Source of the DNA: an uncultured Verrucomicrobiae bacterium
GTDB taxonomy: Bacteria; Chlamydiota; Chlamydiia; Chlamydiales; Rhabdochlamydiaceae
NCBI GenBank assembly: GCA_963718565.1
Contig: OY970364.1
Span: 192,001-256,000, forward strand
Reading direction: 5' to 3'
DNA: 64,000 nucleotides
How positions within the stretch are numbered: position 1 is the stretch's first letter; each line of letters opens with the position of its first letter. A program made the translations under genes and the position numbers. The notes beneath the pieces are model-generated. The model had not been told where the DNA came from. It did no database searches and was given only the letters and a program-made list of their open reading frames with translations. Of the stretch, positions 9,992-18,618 are shown piece after piece.

Positions 9992-11078
9992 TCCTGTCCT
10001 GATCGTGGGTGGTGGCATCATTGGTCTCAGTATCGGCTGGCAGCTCGTAAGGAATCAGATCCCCGCGCTTATTTTAGAAAAAAGGAGGGTCGGTCGAGAA
10101 GCCAGCTGGACGGCTGCTGGGATGCTTGCCCCTTTTTCCGAAGCCGGATTTGAAGATGAAGAAAAGTTAGCAATTGGAAAAGAAGCGCTTCGCGTCTATC
10201 CCTCATTTTTGCGAGAACTCGAAGAGGATAGTGGCGAGCGATGTGAACTGCAAGAGAGCGGAACATTATTTGTGGGACTACATCGAAGTGACCAGGAGTG
10301 GCTCCAATGGATTTACTCGTTTAAGGAAAAGCAGAACATTCCTCTGGAATGGCTCTCTGAGCAAGAGATTCAAAAATGCTGGCCCCTCCTCTCTCCCAGA
10401 GTGTGCGGAGGAATCTGGCTACCAGATGAAAAACAGATCGAGCAGCGTTCCCTCATTTTGGCGCTAGAAAAAGCATTTCGATCGCGGGGTGGGCAAATCA
10501 GGGAGAATAGTGAGGTAGTCGAATTTCTTTGCTCTTCACAAGCGTTTGCCGGAGTGAAGCTTAGTAGCCAAGAGGAGATTACATCCAAACGAGGCGTCCT
10601 TGCTTGCGGCGCCTGGAGCTCTTCATTTCCTTTTCCAGAATGCCGAGAAATTCGCCCCGTCAAGGGACAAATTCTCAGAGCTAAAACGGAATTTAAGCTC
10701 TCCTCGATGATCCGGACGCCACGTGTTTATCTCGCACAAAAGAATGATCTTTCGATCTGCATCGGATCGACGAGCGAAGAAAAGGGTTTTGATCGAACGA
10801 GCACCTGCGGAGCCGCCTTGCAATTGCTCGAGTGTGCTCGGGAAGTGTTTCCCGCTCTTGACGAATGTACTTTCGAATCATTGGAAGTAAATTTTCGTCC
10901 CGTAGCCAAATCCGATCTTCCAATATTAAAAGAGAGCCCCATTTCCGGGTTGCATTTTGCGATGGGTCATGGGCGTGGAGGCATTTTGCTAGCTCCTTAT
11001 ACAGCTTATAGGTTTTTGCATGGAAATTACATTGAACGGTCAAAAAATGACGTTGTCGCAGCCGCAGACTTTGGCTGA
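9972..11078 (+). CDS. thiO: glycine oxidase
   Basis: GGGIIG FAD motif, ASWTAAGMLAP, PVKGQ, GHGRGGILLAP; GGAGG before 9972. Confidence 0.92.
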   Translation: MDLFDTDPVLIVGGGIIGLSIGWQLVRNQIPALILEKRRVGREASWTAAGMLAPFSEAGFEDEEKLAIGKEALRVYPSFLRELEEDSGERCELQESGTLFVGLHRSDQEWLQWIYSFKEKQNIPLEWLSEQEIQKCWPLLSPRVCGGIWLPDEKQIEQRSLILALEKAFRSRGGQIRENSEVVEFLCSSQAFAGVKLSSQEEITSKRGVLACGAWSSSFPFPECREIRPVKGQILRAKTEFKLSSMIRTPRVYLAQKNDLSICIGSTSEEKGFDRTSTCGAALQLLECAREVFPALDECTFESLEVNFRPVAKSDLPILKESPISGLHFAMGHGRGGILLAPYTAYRFLHGNYIERSKNDVVAAADFG

Positions 11079-11226
11079 GTTTTTAAGATCTCGTCAGATC
11101 ACAAAAGAGACACGCGGAGTAGCGGTGGCTCGAAACGGTTGCATCGCGCCTCGATCGATATGGGATGAATGTTGTCTTGAAACAGATGATGAATTGGAGG
11201 TGATCCATGCTGTCGCAGGAGGTTGA
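11020..11226 (+). CDS. thiS: sulfur carrier protein
   Basis: ITLNG, VAVARNG, C-terminal VAGG. Confidence 0.95.
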   Translation: MEITLNGQKMTLSQPQTLAEFLRSRQITKETRGVAVARNGCIAPRSIWDECCLETDDELEVIHAVAGG

Positions 11227-12008
11227 TGATCCCTTCATCATTGCTGGAAGAACCTTTTCTTCACGGCTTGGAATGGGGACATTCTCATTTCCCTGATTAT
11301 CAAACATTGGAAAGAGCAATCCGTGCTAGCGGTACAGAGATTGTAACGGTGGCCTTGCGCCGAATTGATTTTGAAAAGAAGCAGGAAAGCCCTCTTTTGC
11401 AGCTGATCGATGAGATGAAGCTGACGGTTTTACCGAATACAGCCCATTGTTTTACTGCCTATGAAGCAGTCTTTACCGCTCAACTGGCGAGGGAAGCATT
11501 AGGGAGCTCCTGGGTGAAGCTGGAAGTAATCGGTGATGAAAAGACTCTCTTTCCTAATAATGAAGAGCTTCTCAAGGCAGCTAGAGAGCTCGTCAGAGAC
11601 GGGTTCGAAGTCTTGCCTTTTTGCAGCGATGATTTGATCGTCTGTCAGAAACTGCAAGATATTGGTTGCGCTGCCGTGATGCCTTTTGGATCGCCGATTG
11701 GCACAGGAAGGGGAATCGGAAATAGGTACCACCTCGAATTGATCCGAGAAAGAATCGAAATTCCATTGATCATCGATGCGGGCTTAGGCACTGCCTCCGA
11801 TGCGGCCATCTCTATGGAACTCGGTGCTGATGCGATTTTGCTAAACATGGCGATCGCCCGCTCACAGCATCCAGTTCTTATGGCAGGCGCTATGAAAGAG
11901 GGGTGCTCAGCCGGAAGAAAGGCCTTTCTTGCCAAGCGGATGCCAATGAGTTACTACGCGATCTCTTCAAGTCCGCTCAAAGGAGTCATTGCATGCACAA
12001 AATGTTGA
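11207..12008 (+). pseudogene. thiG: thiazole synthase with +1 frameshift near 11282
   Basis: Frame from 11207 (RBS GGAGGTGA) gives DDPFIIAGRTFSSRLGMGT; the +1 frame continues SHFPDY...LPNTAHC...WVKLEVI...GSPIGTGRG...DAGLG. Confidence 0.88.
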
Positions 12009-12535
12009 TCACCGAAGGGATCGAAAGGTCCGATCTCTTCGAAAAATTAAAAGCTTTTTGTGAAACGAACTTCGGCGCTTATGTGGTGATCAGAGAGAAA
12101 ACCATGGCATCACTTCCGCTCTATCAGTTAGTCAAAAGATTGACTCCTATTGTAGCCTTAAACCACATTCAACTGCAGATCCATGATCGCACTGACATCG
12201 CACTTCTCACCAAGACCGCTGGTATTCACCTACCTGAAAGAGGCGTTTCACCTAGCATCCCCAAAAAATGGAATTTATTCGTAGGGTGCAGCGTCCATAC
12301 ATTAGAAAGTGCCCTTAAAAAAGAAAAGGAAGGAGCTGACTATCTGCTTTTTGGACCTATTTTCGAGACTCCGAATAAACAGCCTGTGGGACTTAGGGCT
12401 TTGCAAGAAGTGACCGCGCACGTCAAGATCCCAGTGTTTGCACTCGGAGGAATCAGACCCGAGCACATCTCAGTTTGCCAACAAGCCGGGGCTATTGGGG
12501 TCGCAGGCATCCGACTTTTTTGGAACAACATATGA
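11993..12535 (+). CDS. TenI-like thiazole tautomerase / thiamine phosphate synthase family
   Basis: IREK, GIHLPE, GCSVH, DYLLFGPIFET, ALGGI; follows thiG. Confidence 0.75.
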   Translation: MHKMLITEGIERSDLFEKLKAFCETNFGAYVVIREKTMASLPLYQLVKRLTPIVALNHIQLQIHDRTDIALLTKTAGIHLPERGVSPSIPKKWNLFVGCSVHTLESALKKEKEGADYLLFGPIFETPNKQPVGLRALQEVTAHVKIPVFALGGIRPEHISVCQQAGAIGVAGIRLFWNNI

Positions 12536-13152
12536 AACTCTATTTTATCTTAAGCACCAACCTCATGTCCGTATTAGAAATCGAAACGATCGGAAACAAA
12601 GCGATCGATGGGGGCGTCGACTGGATCCAGTTCCGTCATAAAGATCCTTATACCGAAGAAATCTTCGAGATCGCAAAAAAGATCGGCATCCGCTGCAGAG
12701 AAAACAAGATCCCGTTCCTCATTAATGATCGATTCGACATCGCTCTTGCTCTCGATGCCGATGGAGTCCACCTCGGTCAAGAGGATCTTCCTTTAGCTGA
12801 TGTCCGACTCTTTCTCAAAAAAAGAAAGATTATCGGGCAAACGACTCCTGATTTGGACACGATGAAGAGGGCTCATGCCTGGGGCGCCAATTATGCCTGT
12901 ATCGGACACATTTTCCCAACTTCCACAAAAATCAAATCAAGTCCGCCTCTAGGAGTTGAGAAAGTTCAGGAAGCAGCCCTCCATTGCCCTCTTCCTCTCT
13001 TTGCTATCGGAGGAATCGATCTTCAAAATATCGCTTTGCTTCTCGCAGCGCCTATTGCAGGAGTTGCCGTAAGTGCTGGCATTTGCAATGCAGTCGATCC
13101 GACTCTTGCAGTTCAACAATTCAAACAGAAATTGCAATATGTTCACGCCTGA
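12532..13152 (+). CDS. thiE: thiamine-phosphate synthase
   Basis: QFRHK, INDRFDIA, GVHLGQED, FPTSTK, AIGGI. Confidence 0.92.
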   Translation: MKLYFILSTNLMSVLEIETIGNKAIDGGVDWIQFRHKDPYTEEIFEIAKKIGIRCRENKIPFLINDRFDIALALDADGVHLGQEDLPLADVRLFLKKRKIIGQTTPDLDTMKRAHAWGANYACIGHIFPTSTKIKSSPPLGVEKVQEAALHCPLPLFAIGGIDLQNIALLLAAPIAGVAVSAGICNAVDPTLAVQQFKQKLQYVHA

Positions 13153-14119
13153 TGAAGAAAAGCGCTATTTGCGACAGATTCCTTTGCCTGGGTGGGGATG
13201 GGAAGCGCAAGAAAAATTGAAGAAAAGTTCGCTTCTTGTCGTCGGCGCTGGGGCTCTTGGTTGCGCTAGCCTTCCCTATCTCGTGAATGCAGGTGTTGGA
13301 AAAATTACCCTCATTGACGGGGATCGGATAGAAATATCCAATCTCCATCGACAACCACTCTACACAACCGATGAAATTGGTCAATTGAAGGTCAATGTAG
13401 CAAAAAAGAAACTCTCCACCTTGAACCCTCATGTAGAGATCGAAGCGATTCCCCATTTTTTTACCCAGGAAAATGGAGGTAGGCTTCTTACTTGCGATCT
13501 TCTCATCGACGCAACTGATACCTTTCTGGCGCGGCTTGATATAGATGTCCTATGTCACCAGAAGAACATTCCATGGATCCATGCTTCCTTAGAGCAATTC
13601 ATGGGGCAAGTGATCTTCTTCCATCGCCAGCTCTATACCGATCTCTTCCCTGGCCTAGAACAACACACTACCGTTTCCTGTTCGGAAGGAGGAATTTTAG
13701 GTCCATTTGCCGGTACGATCGGTTCTTTTCAAGCTCTTCTTGCTCTCCAATGGCTGGGAGGACTGGGTGCAGATCTTCCGGGCAAGTGCTTCCGAATCGA
13801 TGCATTAACCTGGCGCATGCAGGTTTTTACTTTTACTCAGAATGAGAAAGATACTATTTCTCACTTCGAGCTGTCTCAGTGGATGGAAGAAAACCGGGAC
13901 TTTCTATTGGTCGACATTCGAAATGATGAGGAAATTAAAGGAGGGGATCTTGACGGAGTAAGGATTGGGGCGATTGTTGCCTGGCCCAAAGAGAAGAAAA
14001 TTATCCTCTATTGTCAAAGAGGCATCCGAAGTCATGCGATGGCTAAACGGCTACGACAGCAAGGAATAGCTGCTTACTCGCTTGAAGGGGGATTCGTTGC
14101 TCATAATAGGACACAATGA
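13139..14119 (+). CDS. thiF: ThiF/MoeB adenylyltransferase with C-terminal rhodanese domain
   Basis: RYLRQI, GAGALG, SNLHRQ, SCSEGG, YCQRGIRS, SLEGG. Confidence 0.85.
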   Translation: MFTPDEEKRYLRQIPLPGWGWEAQEKLKKSSLLVVGAGALGCASLPYLVNAGVGKITLIDGDRIEISNLHRQPLYTTDEIGQLKVNVAKKKLSTLNPHVEIEAIPHFFTQENGGRLLTCDLLIDATDTFLARLDIDVLCHQKNIPWIHASLEQFMGQVIFFHRQLYTDLFPGLEQHTTVSCSEGGILGPFAGTIGSFQALLALQWLGGLGADLPGKCFRIDALTWRMQVFTFTQNEKDTISHFELSQWMEENRDFLLVDIRNDEEIKGGDLDGVRIGAIVAWPKEKKIILYCQRGIRSHAMAKRLRQQGIAAYSLEGGFVAHNRTQ

Positions 14120-14120
14120 T

Positions 14121-15107
14121 ATGCGATTTTGTGAAGATCAGTTTATTGAAGATCTGGCAAGACTATTTCCATCAAGAGAGGGTATCGTAGGAATTGGAGA
14201 CGATAGTGCAGTCATTCCCGAGGACAATGAGAAAGTATGGTTGGTAACAACAGACGCTTTAGTTGAATGGGTTCATTTCTTAAAAGATCAGATAAAAGCA
14301 AAAGATCTGGGCTATAAAACGGTTGCTGTGAATGTCAGTGATATCGCAGCTATGGGGGGTGAACCAAAATATGCTTTTTTATCGATAGCTCTCCCGAAAT
14401 CAACGGATTACTCTTGGGTGCGTCTTGTAATTGAGGGGGTTAAGGAAGCATGTGACAAATGGAATATTCTTCTTTTGGGAGGAGATACCGTCGGTTCAAA
14501 AAGAGACGTTTTCCTCAATCTTGCTCTCATTGGGTCAGCAGTTCGGGAAAAAACAAAATATAGAAATACGGCTCAGTCTGGAGACATCATCTGCGTTAGT
14601 GGATACTTAGGAGATTCCGGAGGCGGTTTAAAAGCTCTACAACACGAAACAATCAAAACAAGAGATGTTGAGTGTTTAATTCACTCGCATTTTCATCCTG
14701 AACCTTCTCCTAAGCAAGGCATGTGGTTAGCAGCTTACCCAGAGGTTCATGCCATGATGGATATTTCGGATGGGTTAGACTGTGATCTAAGGCGGTTAAT
14801 GAAAAGATCAGCAAAAGGAGCTGTGATAGAAACGAACCTGATCCCTATCTCAACTCCTCTTGCAAAAGTCAGCGTAAAAGAAGGCTGGGATGCCCTTCAG
14901 CTAGCTCTAGTAGGTGGAGAGGACTATTGTTTGTTGTTAACGGTTGATTCAGAATTCTTTGAAAATTTACAGTCGATGTTTCAAAAGACATTTAATTGTC
15001 CCCTGTTTCCTATAGGTCATGTCGGCGACAATTCTGACGAGATTATTTATTGTGATAATGGGAAGACAACTCAAATGAACTATGTAAACTATGATCATTT
15101 TCAATAG
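14121..15107 (+). CDS. thiL: thiamine-monophosphate kinase
   Basis: GIGDDSA, NVSDIAAMGG, GGDT, DISDGL, GGEDYCL. Confidence 0.95.
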   Translation: MRFCEDQFIEDLARLFPSREGIVGIGDDSAVIPEDNEKVWLVTTDALVEWVHFLKDQIKAKDLGYKTVAVNVSDIAAMGGEPKYAFLSIALPKSTDYSWVRLVIEGVKEACDKWNILLLGGDTVGSKRDVFLNLALIGSAVREKTKYRNTAQSGDIICVSGYLGDSGGGLKALQHETIKTRDVECLIHSHFHPEPSPKQGMWLAAYPEVHAMMDISDGLDCDLRRLMKRSAKGAVIETNLIPISTPLAKVSVKEGWDALQLALVGGEDYCLLLTVDSEFFENLQSMFQKTFNCPLFPIGHVGDNSDEIIYCDNGKTTQMNYVNYDHFQ

Positions 15108-15145
15108 AGCAGAATCTTATATGCACCCCATGACGCACGCGCATA

Positions 15146-15520
15146 TTAGGGAATAAACTCTCTTTTCTTCGCCCAATATGCAAGCATTCCGCGCCGTGCT
15201 GCAGCTCTACTTTTATCTTTGCCTTCCTGAGTTTTTGCCCCTGTTGATAGGCCTCCATGCATTCGACAACGGCCATTAATGGGTTCTCCTGTTTTGGGGT
15301 CCACCACGACCTTAGCTTTGCAAGAACGGCCACTTCGGCACTTGGCACCACATAAAGGCCGGTCCTTTTTCCACAAACTTTCGTTTTTCCAATGAGCCGA
15401 ATGATAAATATCTAACATCTGAGCTTTTCTGTGATTGGAATAACTCCATGGCTCCCAAGGTTTATACTGCCAGGATCTAACCATAATTCCCTTCCATTGA
15501 TAAGAATGGCTTACCACCAA
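15146..15520 (-). CDS. HGGxSTG-domain protein
   Basis: CGAKCRSGRSC...GRCRMHGGLSTGAKTQEGK. Confidence 0.85.
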   Translation of the reverse strand: MVVSHSYQWKGIMVRSWQYKPWEPWSYSNHRKAQMLDIYHSAHWKNESLWKKDRPLCGAKCRSGRSCKAKVVVDPKTGEPINGRCRMHGGLSTGAKTQEGKDKSRAAARRGMLAYWAKKREFIP

Positions 15521-15726
15521 TAATGTCCCGCTTCTCTGGCCATTATTTTGAATTGGTCATCTTGCTCTCTGTGTTTTTTCATCGCTTTAGATGCCCTCTC
15601 TTTTGCTTTATCATTGCCTTTTTCTTTGGCTACAAGCCACCGCCTAACATAATCCATATACTTACATGCTCTTTGATTTTTGAGCGCCTCAACCTTCTCA
15701 AAATCATAAAAGTCATACTTGTCCAT
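15511..15726 (-). CDS. small hypothetical protein of element A
   Basis: GGAG RBS; overlaps HGGxSTG gene; charged and helical. Confidence 0.6.
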   Translation of the reverse strand: MDKYDFYDFEKVEALKNQRACKYMDYVRRWLVAKEKGNDKAKERASKAMKKHREQDDQFKIMAREAGHYWW

Positions 15727-15796
15727 TTTGGTTCTCCAATTTTATGCACCATGGCTGCGGTGCTGCTTTCTCCTTATTTCTCTACTCAACTCCCTC

Positions 15797-15869
15797 GCTA
15801 AAGTTGCTAAACTGCTAAAGCTTCATGGCCTTAGATAAAAAATCCTTAGCAGATTAGCAGGTTTAGCAG
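15797..15869. repeat. origin-like repeats: GCTAAA x3, spacer, TTAGCAG x3
   Basis: Three direct copies then three inverted copies at the 3' end of the primase gene. Confidence 0.6.
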
Positions 15870-18202
15870 CTCTCCATATTTTGTGGAGGTTTAATCGTCC
15901 ACGCTTCCTTGCATTTTTTGTCATTGATGACGAGATTTGGAGTGGGGATGACCCACCCATGGCTTGCAAGGATGGACATGATCGTTCGAGCACGGTCGGC
16001 ATTCCTGATACCAAGAGAGAGGGGGCCATATTGGTAAATCGTGCTGAGTCCAACCTGTTTGTAGTTTTCTTTCCATAACCACTTGAGTAAGGAGGCTGCA
16101 CAAACGAGCTCTGGATTGATCGAGACAAATCCATGAATGCGTAGTCTCTCTGTGAAATAGAATTGGATAAGAATGATTGCTCTTTGGATGTACTCAGAGC
16201 TAATTTCTTCTACATCGGGATTTTCAATAAGTGCCAGAGTGCCGCTAAGCCGTAGAACATGTTCGGGTGCTTTACTGGCGAACCGGCGAATTGGGTGATA
16301 TGGTTTCCCCTCTGCCAGATCCTCTTCGTTTTTGTTATGAAAAGCGATCCAAATCTTTTTGGCATCGCTGCTTAGAGGGAGAAGGATTGGTGAGATTTCA
16401 TTCTTTGGATCAAGAGGTGAATTTTCCTTGGCATTCGCATCCAACAGGCGATTCATTGCGTCATTGAATCGTTTGATTGCGGGATCCGCAGAGAGATCTT
16501 CTTCGACATAGGCTCGACTTCCAGCCATAGACTGAGGAAACACAATCAGACAGCGAGGTAGGAACCCTTGCAAATCAAAGATGGGGTTACTCAGGAGTTG
16601 GCTGAGAACCACTTCTTGCATCATCAAGTGGAGAGAAAGTCTTTTTCCATAGAGGAGCATGTCACCATCGCCAGCCCTCATCCACGAAATTTCTTTACCA
16701 TCCCAAAGAGACGATAGCCCAGCCAACGTTTTTAATAGGTTGTCGCGATTCATAGCGTGCCCCCCAAAGAATCTTCCTCCCTCATCGCTAAACAAACCGA
16801 TACTAGGTTGGCCATCTGCAGAGAAGTATTTAACGATACCTTCGTAGGTGGGCTCTTCAGCAAGAACTAAGGGACGCAGGGGAGGTGCGGGAGGCGGTTC
16901 GGAAAAAGTCGAATCTGAGGAAGCACTTTTGATCCATTCTTTCTTCCTCGCTTCCCAGGCTTCCTTGTGGATCTGGAATTTTGGGTATTCTGTTCGATAG
17001 CAATCAGCTAACATTTTCTGCCAGGAGAATATCGGCTTTAAAGCTATTTTATCCGTGGCGCTCTTTCGATCCCCTGACTCTGCAATAGTGAGATAGAACT
17101 CCGAAAGAGGATTTTCTCGACCGTCGATGGTAATGTTTGCATGGGCTTGAGTTGCAAGTGAAGTTGCCGCTAGAACGCTCTGGGCGCATATGCTATCCGG
17201 TGCTTTGATAACTCTATGCATCGCTTGTGCGGCAGATCCGAGAATGGGGCCTAGCGCATCCATTGGAAAAGGCTGAGGAGATCCTATTTGACGATAGAGG
17301 GGAAGAGGGTCCACTGGACAATCACTTTCTATTCCTAGAAAAGTGATCAGATCACGGACTGTTTTCAATTCGCAATGCTTATGGAAACATTTAAATCCAT
17401 GGTCCGGATAGCCATTTGTGTTCGGTTCGTAATATTTTGTGCCTGTGTCTTGTTGGGAATGAAGCTGTGCCCATGGACATCGGATGCTCCAACATCCCTG
17501 TGGATGCGATTGTTTTTGGAGCAGCATCCCATGACGTTCGAGTGCTTCTAGAACAGGGTTATTTTTTGCCGATTCATTTGTGGAAATAGATGGCGTTGGG
17601 TTGGGAGAAAGTGAGATCCCAAACGCATCCAGGAATTGTTGTAGAGAAAAGGGTTGTTTGCCACTCTCTTGGATGATTTTAGTGAGAAAGGGATCTTGTT
17701 TTTGGTGGAGGAACCCAGGAAGACGCATGACCCTAGCAAGATCATGTACTTGGGGATCTCCCTGAAAAAAGCCGATTAGCTTTTTTTGGATGAGGGAAAA
17801 ATGTTGCAGTTCAATGCCTTCAACAACCCAATAAGCATGAAATCGACTGGGACTCGATTCAACGATGATGTGAGGAGATAAAGGAGCCGAAAAGATGGGT
17901 TCAAGAGGACTTCCATCAAGGTCGACAAAGACTGCTGTGACCTGAGTGATATTCTCTGTTTTGCGCCCTTTTCCATCGGTTTGATTGATTGTGACGAAAA
18001 TGCCCGCTCCCTGCTCTTGAAGTCGTATAAAATTGTTTGCGAATTCATCGAGTGTCCCGCAGAGAACTTGGGGCTTGACTAGCGTTTCGGAATTTTTCCG
18101 ATCGTTAAAGATTTGGAAGGCAAAAATAGATTCCTCATCCCGTGAAAGATGGCTTAAGAATCTTTTTGCCGTTGTGAGATCTTGCGAGTTATAATGGGTC
18201 AT
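15863..18202 (-). CDS. RepB'-type primase fused to DUF3987 helicase-like domain
   Basis: VFVDLD, VESSPSRFHAYW, RVMRLPGF; CPW...CFHKHC Zn motif; AESGDRKS, DEGG, GFLPRCL. Confidence 0.85.
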   Translation of the reverse strand: MTHYNSQDLTTAKRFLSHLSRDEESIFAFQIFNDRKNSETLVKPQVLCGTLDEFANNFIRLQEQGAGIFVTINQTDGKGRKTENITQVTAVFVDLDGSPLEPIFSAPLSPHIIVESSPSRFHAYWVVEGIELQHFSLIQKKLIGFFQGDPQVHDLARVMRLPGFLHQKQDPFLTKIIQESGKQPFSLQQFLDAFGISLSPNPTPSISTNESAKNNPVLEALERHGMLLQKQSHPQGCWSIRCPWAQLHSQQDTGTKYYEPNTNGYPDHGFKCFHKHCELKTVRDLITFLGIESDCPVDPLPLYRQIGSPQPFPMDALGPILGSAAQAMHRVIKAPDSICAQSVLAATSLATQAHANITIDGRENPLSEFYLTIAESGDRKSATDKIALKPIFSWQKMLADCYRTEYPKFQIHKEAWEARKKEWIKSASSDSTFSEPPPAPPLRPLVLAEEPTYEGIVKYFSADGQPSIGLFSDEGGRFFGGHAMNRDNLLKTLAGLSSLWDGKEISWMRAGDGDMLLYGKRLSLHLMMQEVVLSQLLSNPIFDLQGFLPRCLIVFPQSMAGSRAYVEEDLSADPAIKRFNDAMNRLLDANAKENSPLDPKNEISPILLPLSSDAKKIWIAFHNKNEEDLAEGKPYHPIRRFASKAPEHVLRLSGTLALIENPDVEEISSEYIQRAIILIQFYFTERLRIHGFVSINPELVCAASLLKWLWKENYKQVGLSTIYQYGPLSLGIRNADRARTIMSILASHGWVIPTPNLVINDKKCKEAWTIKPPQNMESC

Positions 18203-18266
18203 ATCCGTTCCTGTATGTTAGAGCCGTTGAGTTTGCCAACCGACGGCTCGAGTTTATTTTTAGTGT

Positions 18267-18464
18267 TCATCTTCTTGCCTGTTTTTCGAGCCAAGCGATG
18301 AAGAGATCCCTGCGGACTAGTACTTTTCTCCCAACGCGACGAAGTGCTGGTGCAAGTCCGTTACGATGGGCATGGAGGATGTAGTACCTGAGCATCGGTA
18401 CCGTAAAACAAAAAGTGGGATCCGAAGCGATCTGCTTCACTGTGCAATATGTTTGATCAGTCAT
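18267..18464 (-). CDS. small Xis/AlpA-like DNA-binding protein (element A)
   Basis: LRYYI...NGL...RRVGRKVLV...FIAWLE; similar to 30593 and 50683; AGGAG RBS. Confidence 0.75.
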   Translation of the reverse strand: MTDQTYCTVKQIASDPTFCFTVPMLRYYILHAHRNGLAPALRRVGRKVLVRRDLFIAWLEKQARR

Positions 18465-18618
18465 GATCAGTTCTCCTGAGGTTAGAAGCCTAATTCGGCT
18501 TTGTTAATAAACCCCAGTATTAGGCAGCACAAAGCCAGGCCGATACGCAGTAAAAAACGGGTGATCGGAAAATTTGGAATAGAAATCGATTTAACTGACT
18601 AAGCTAGAATCTTATGTG

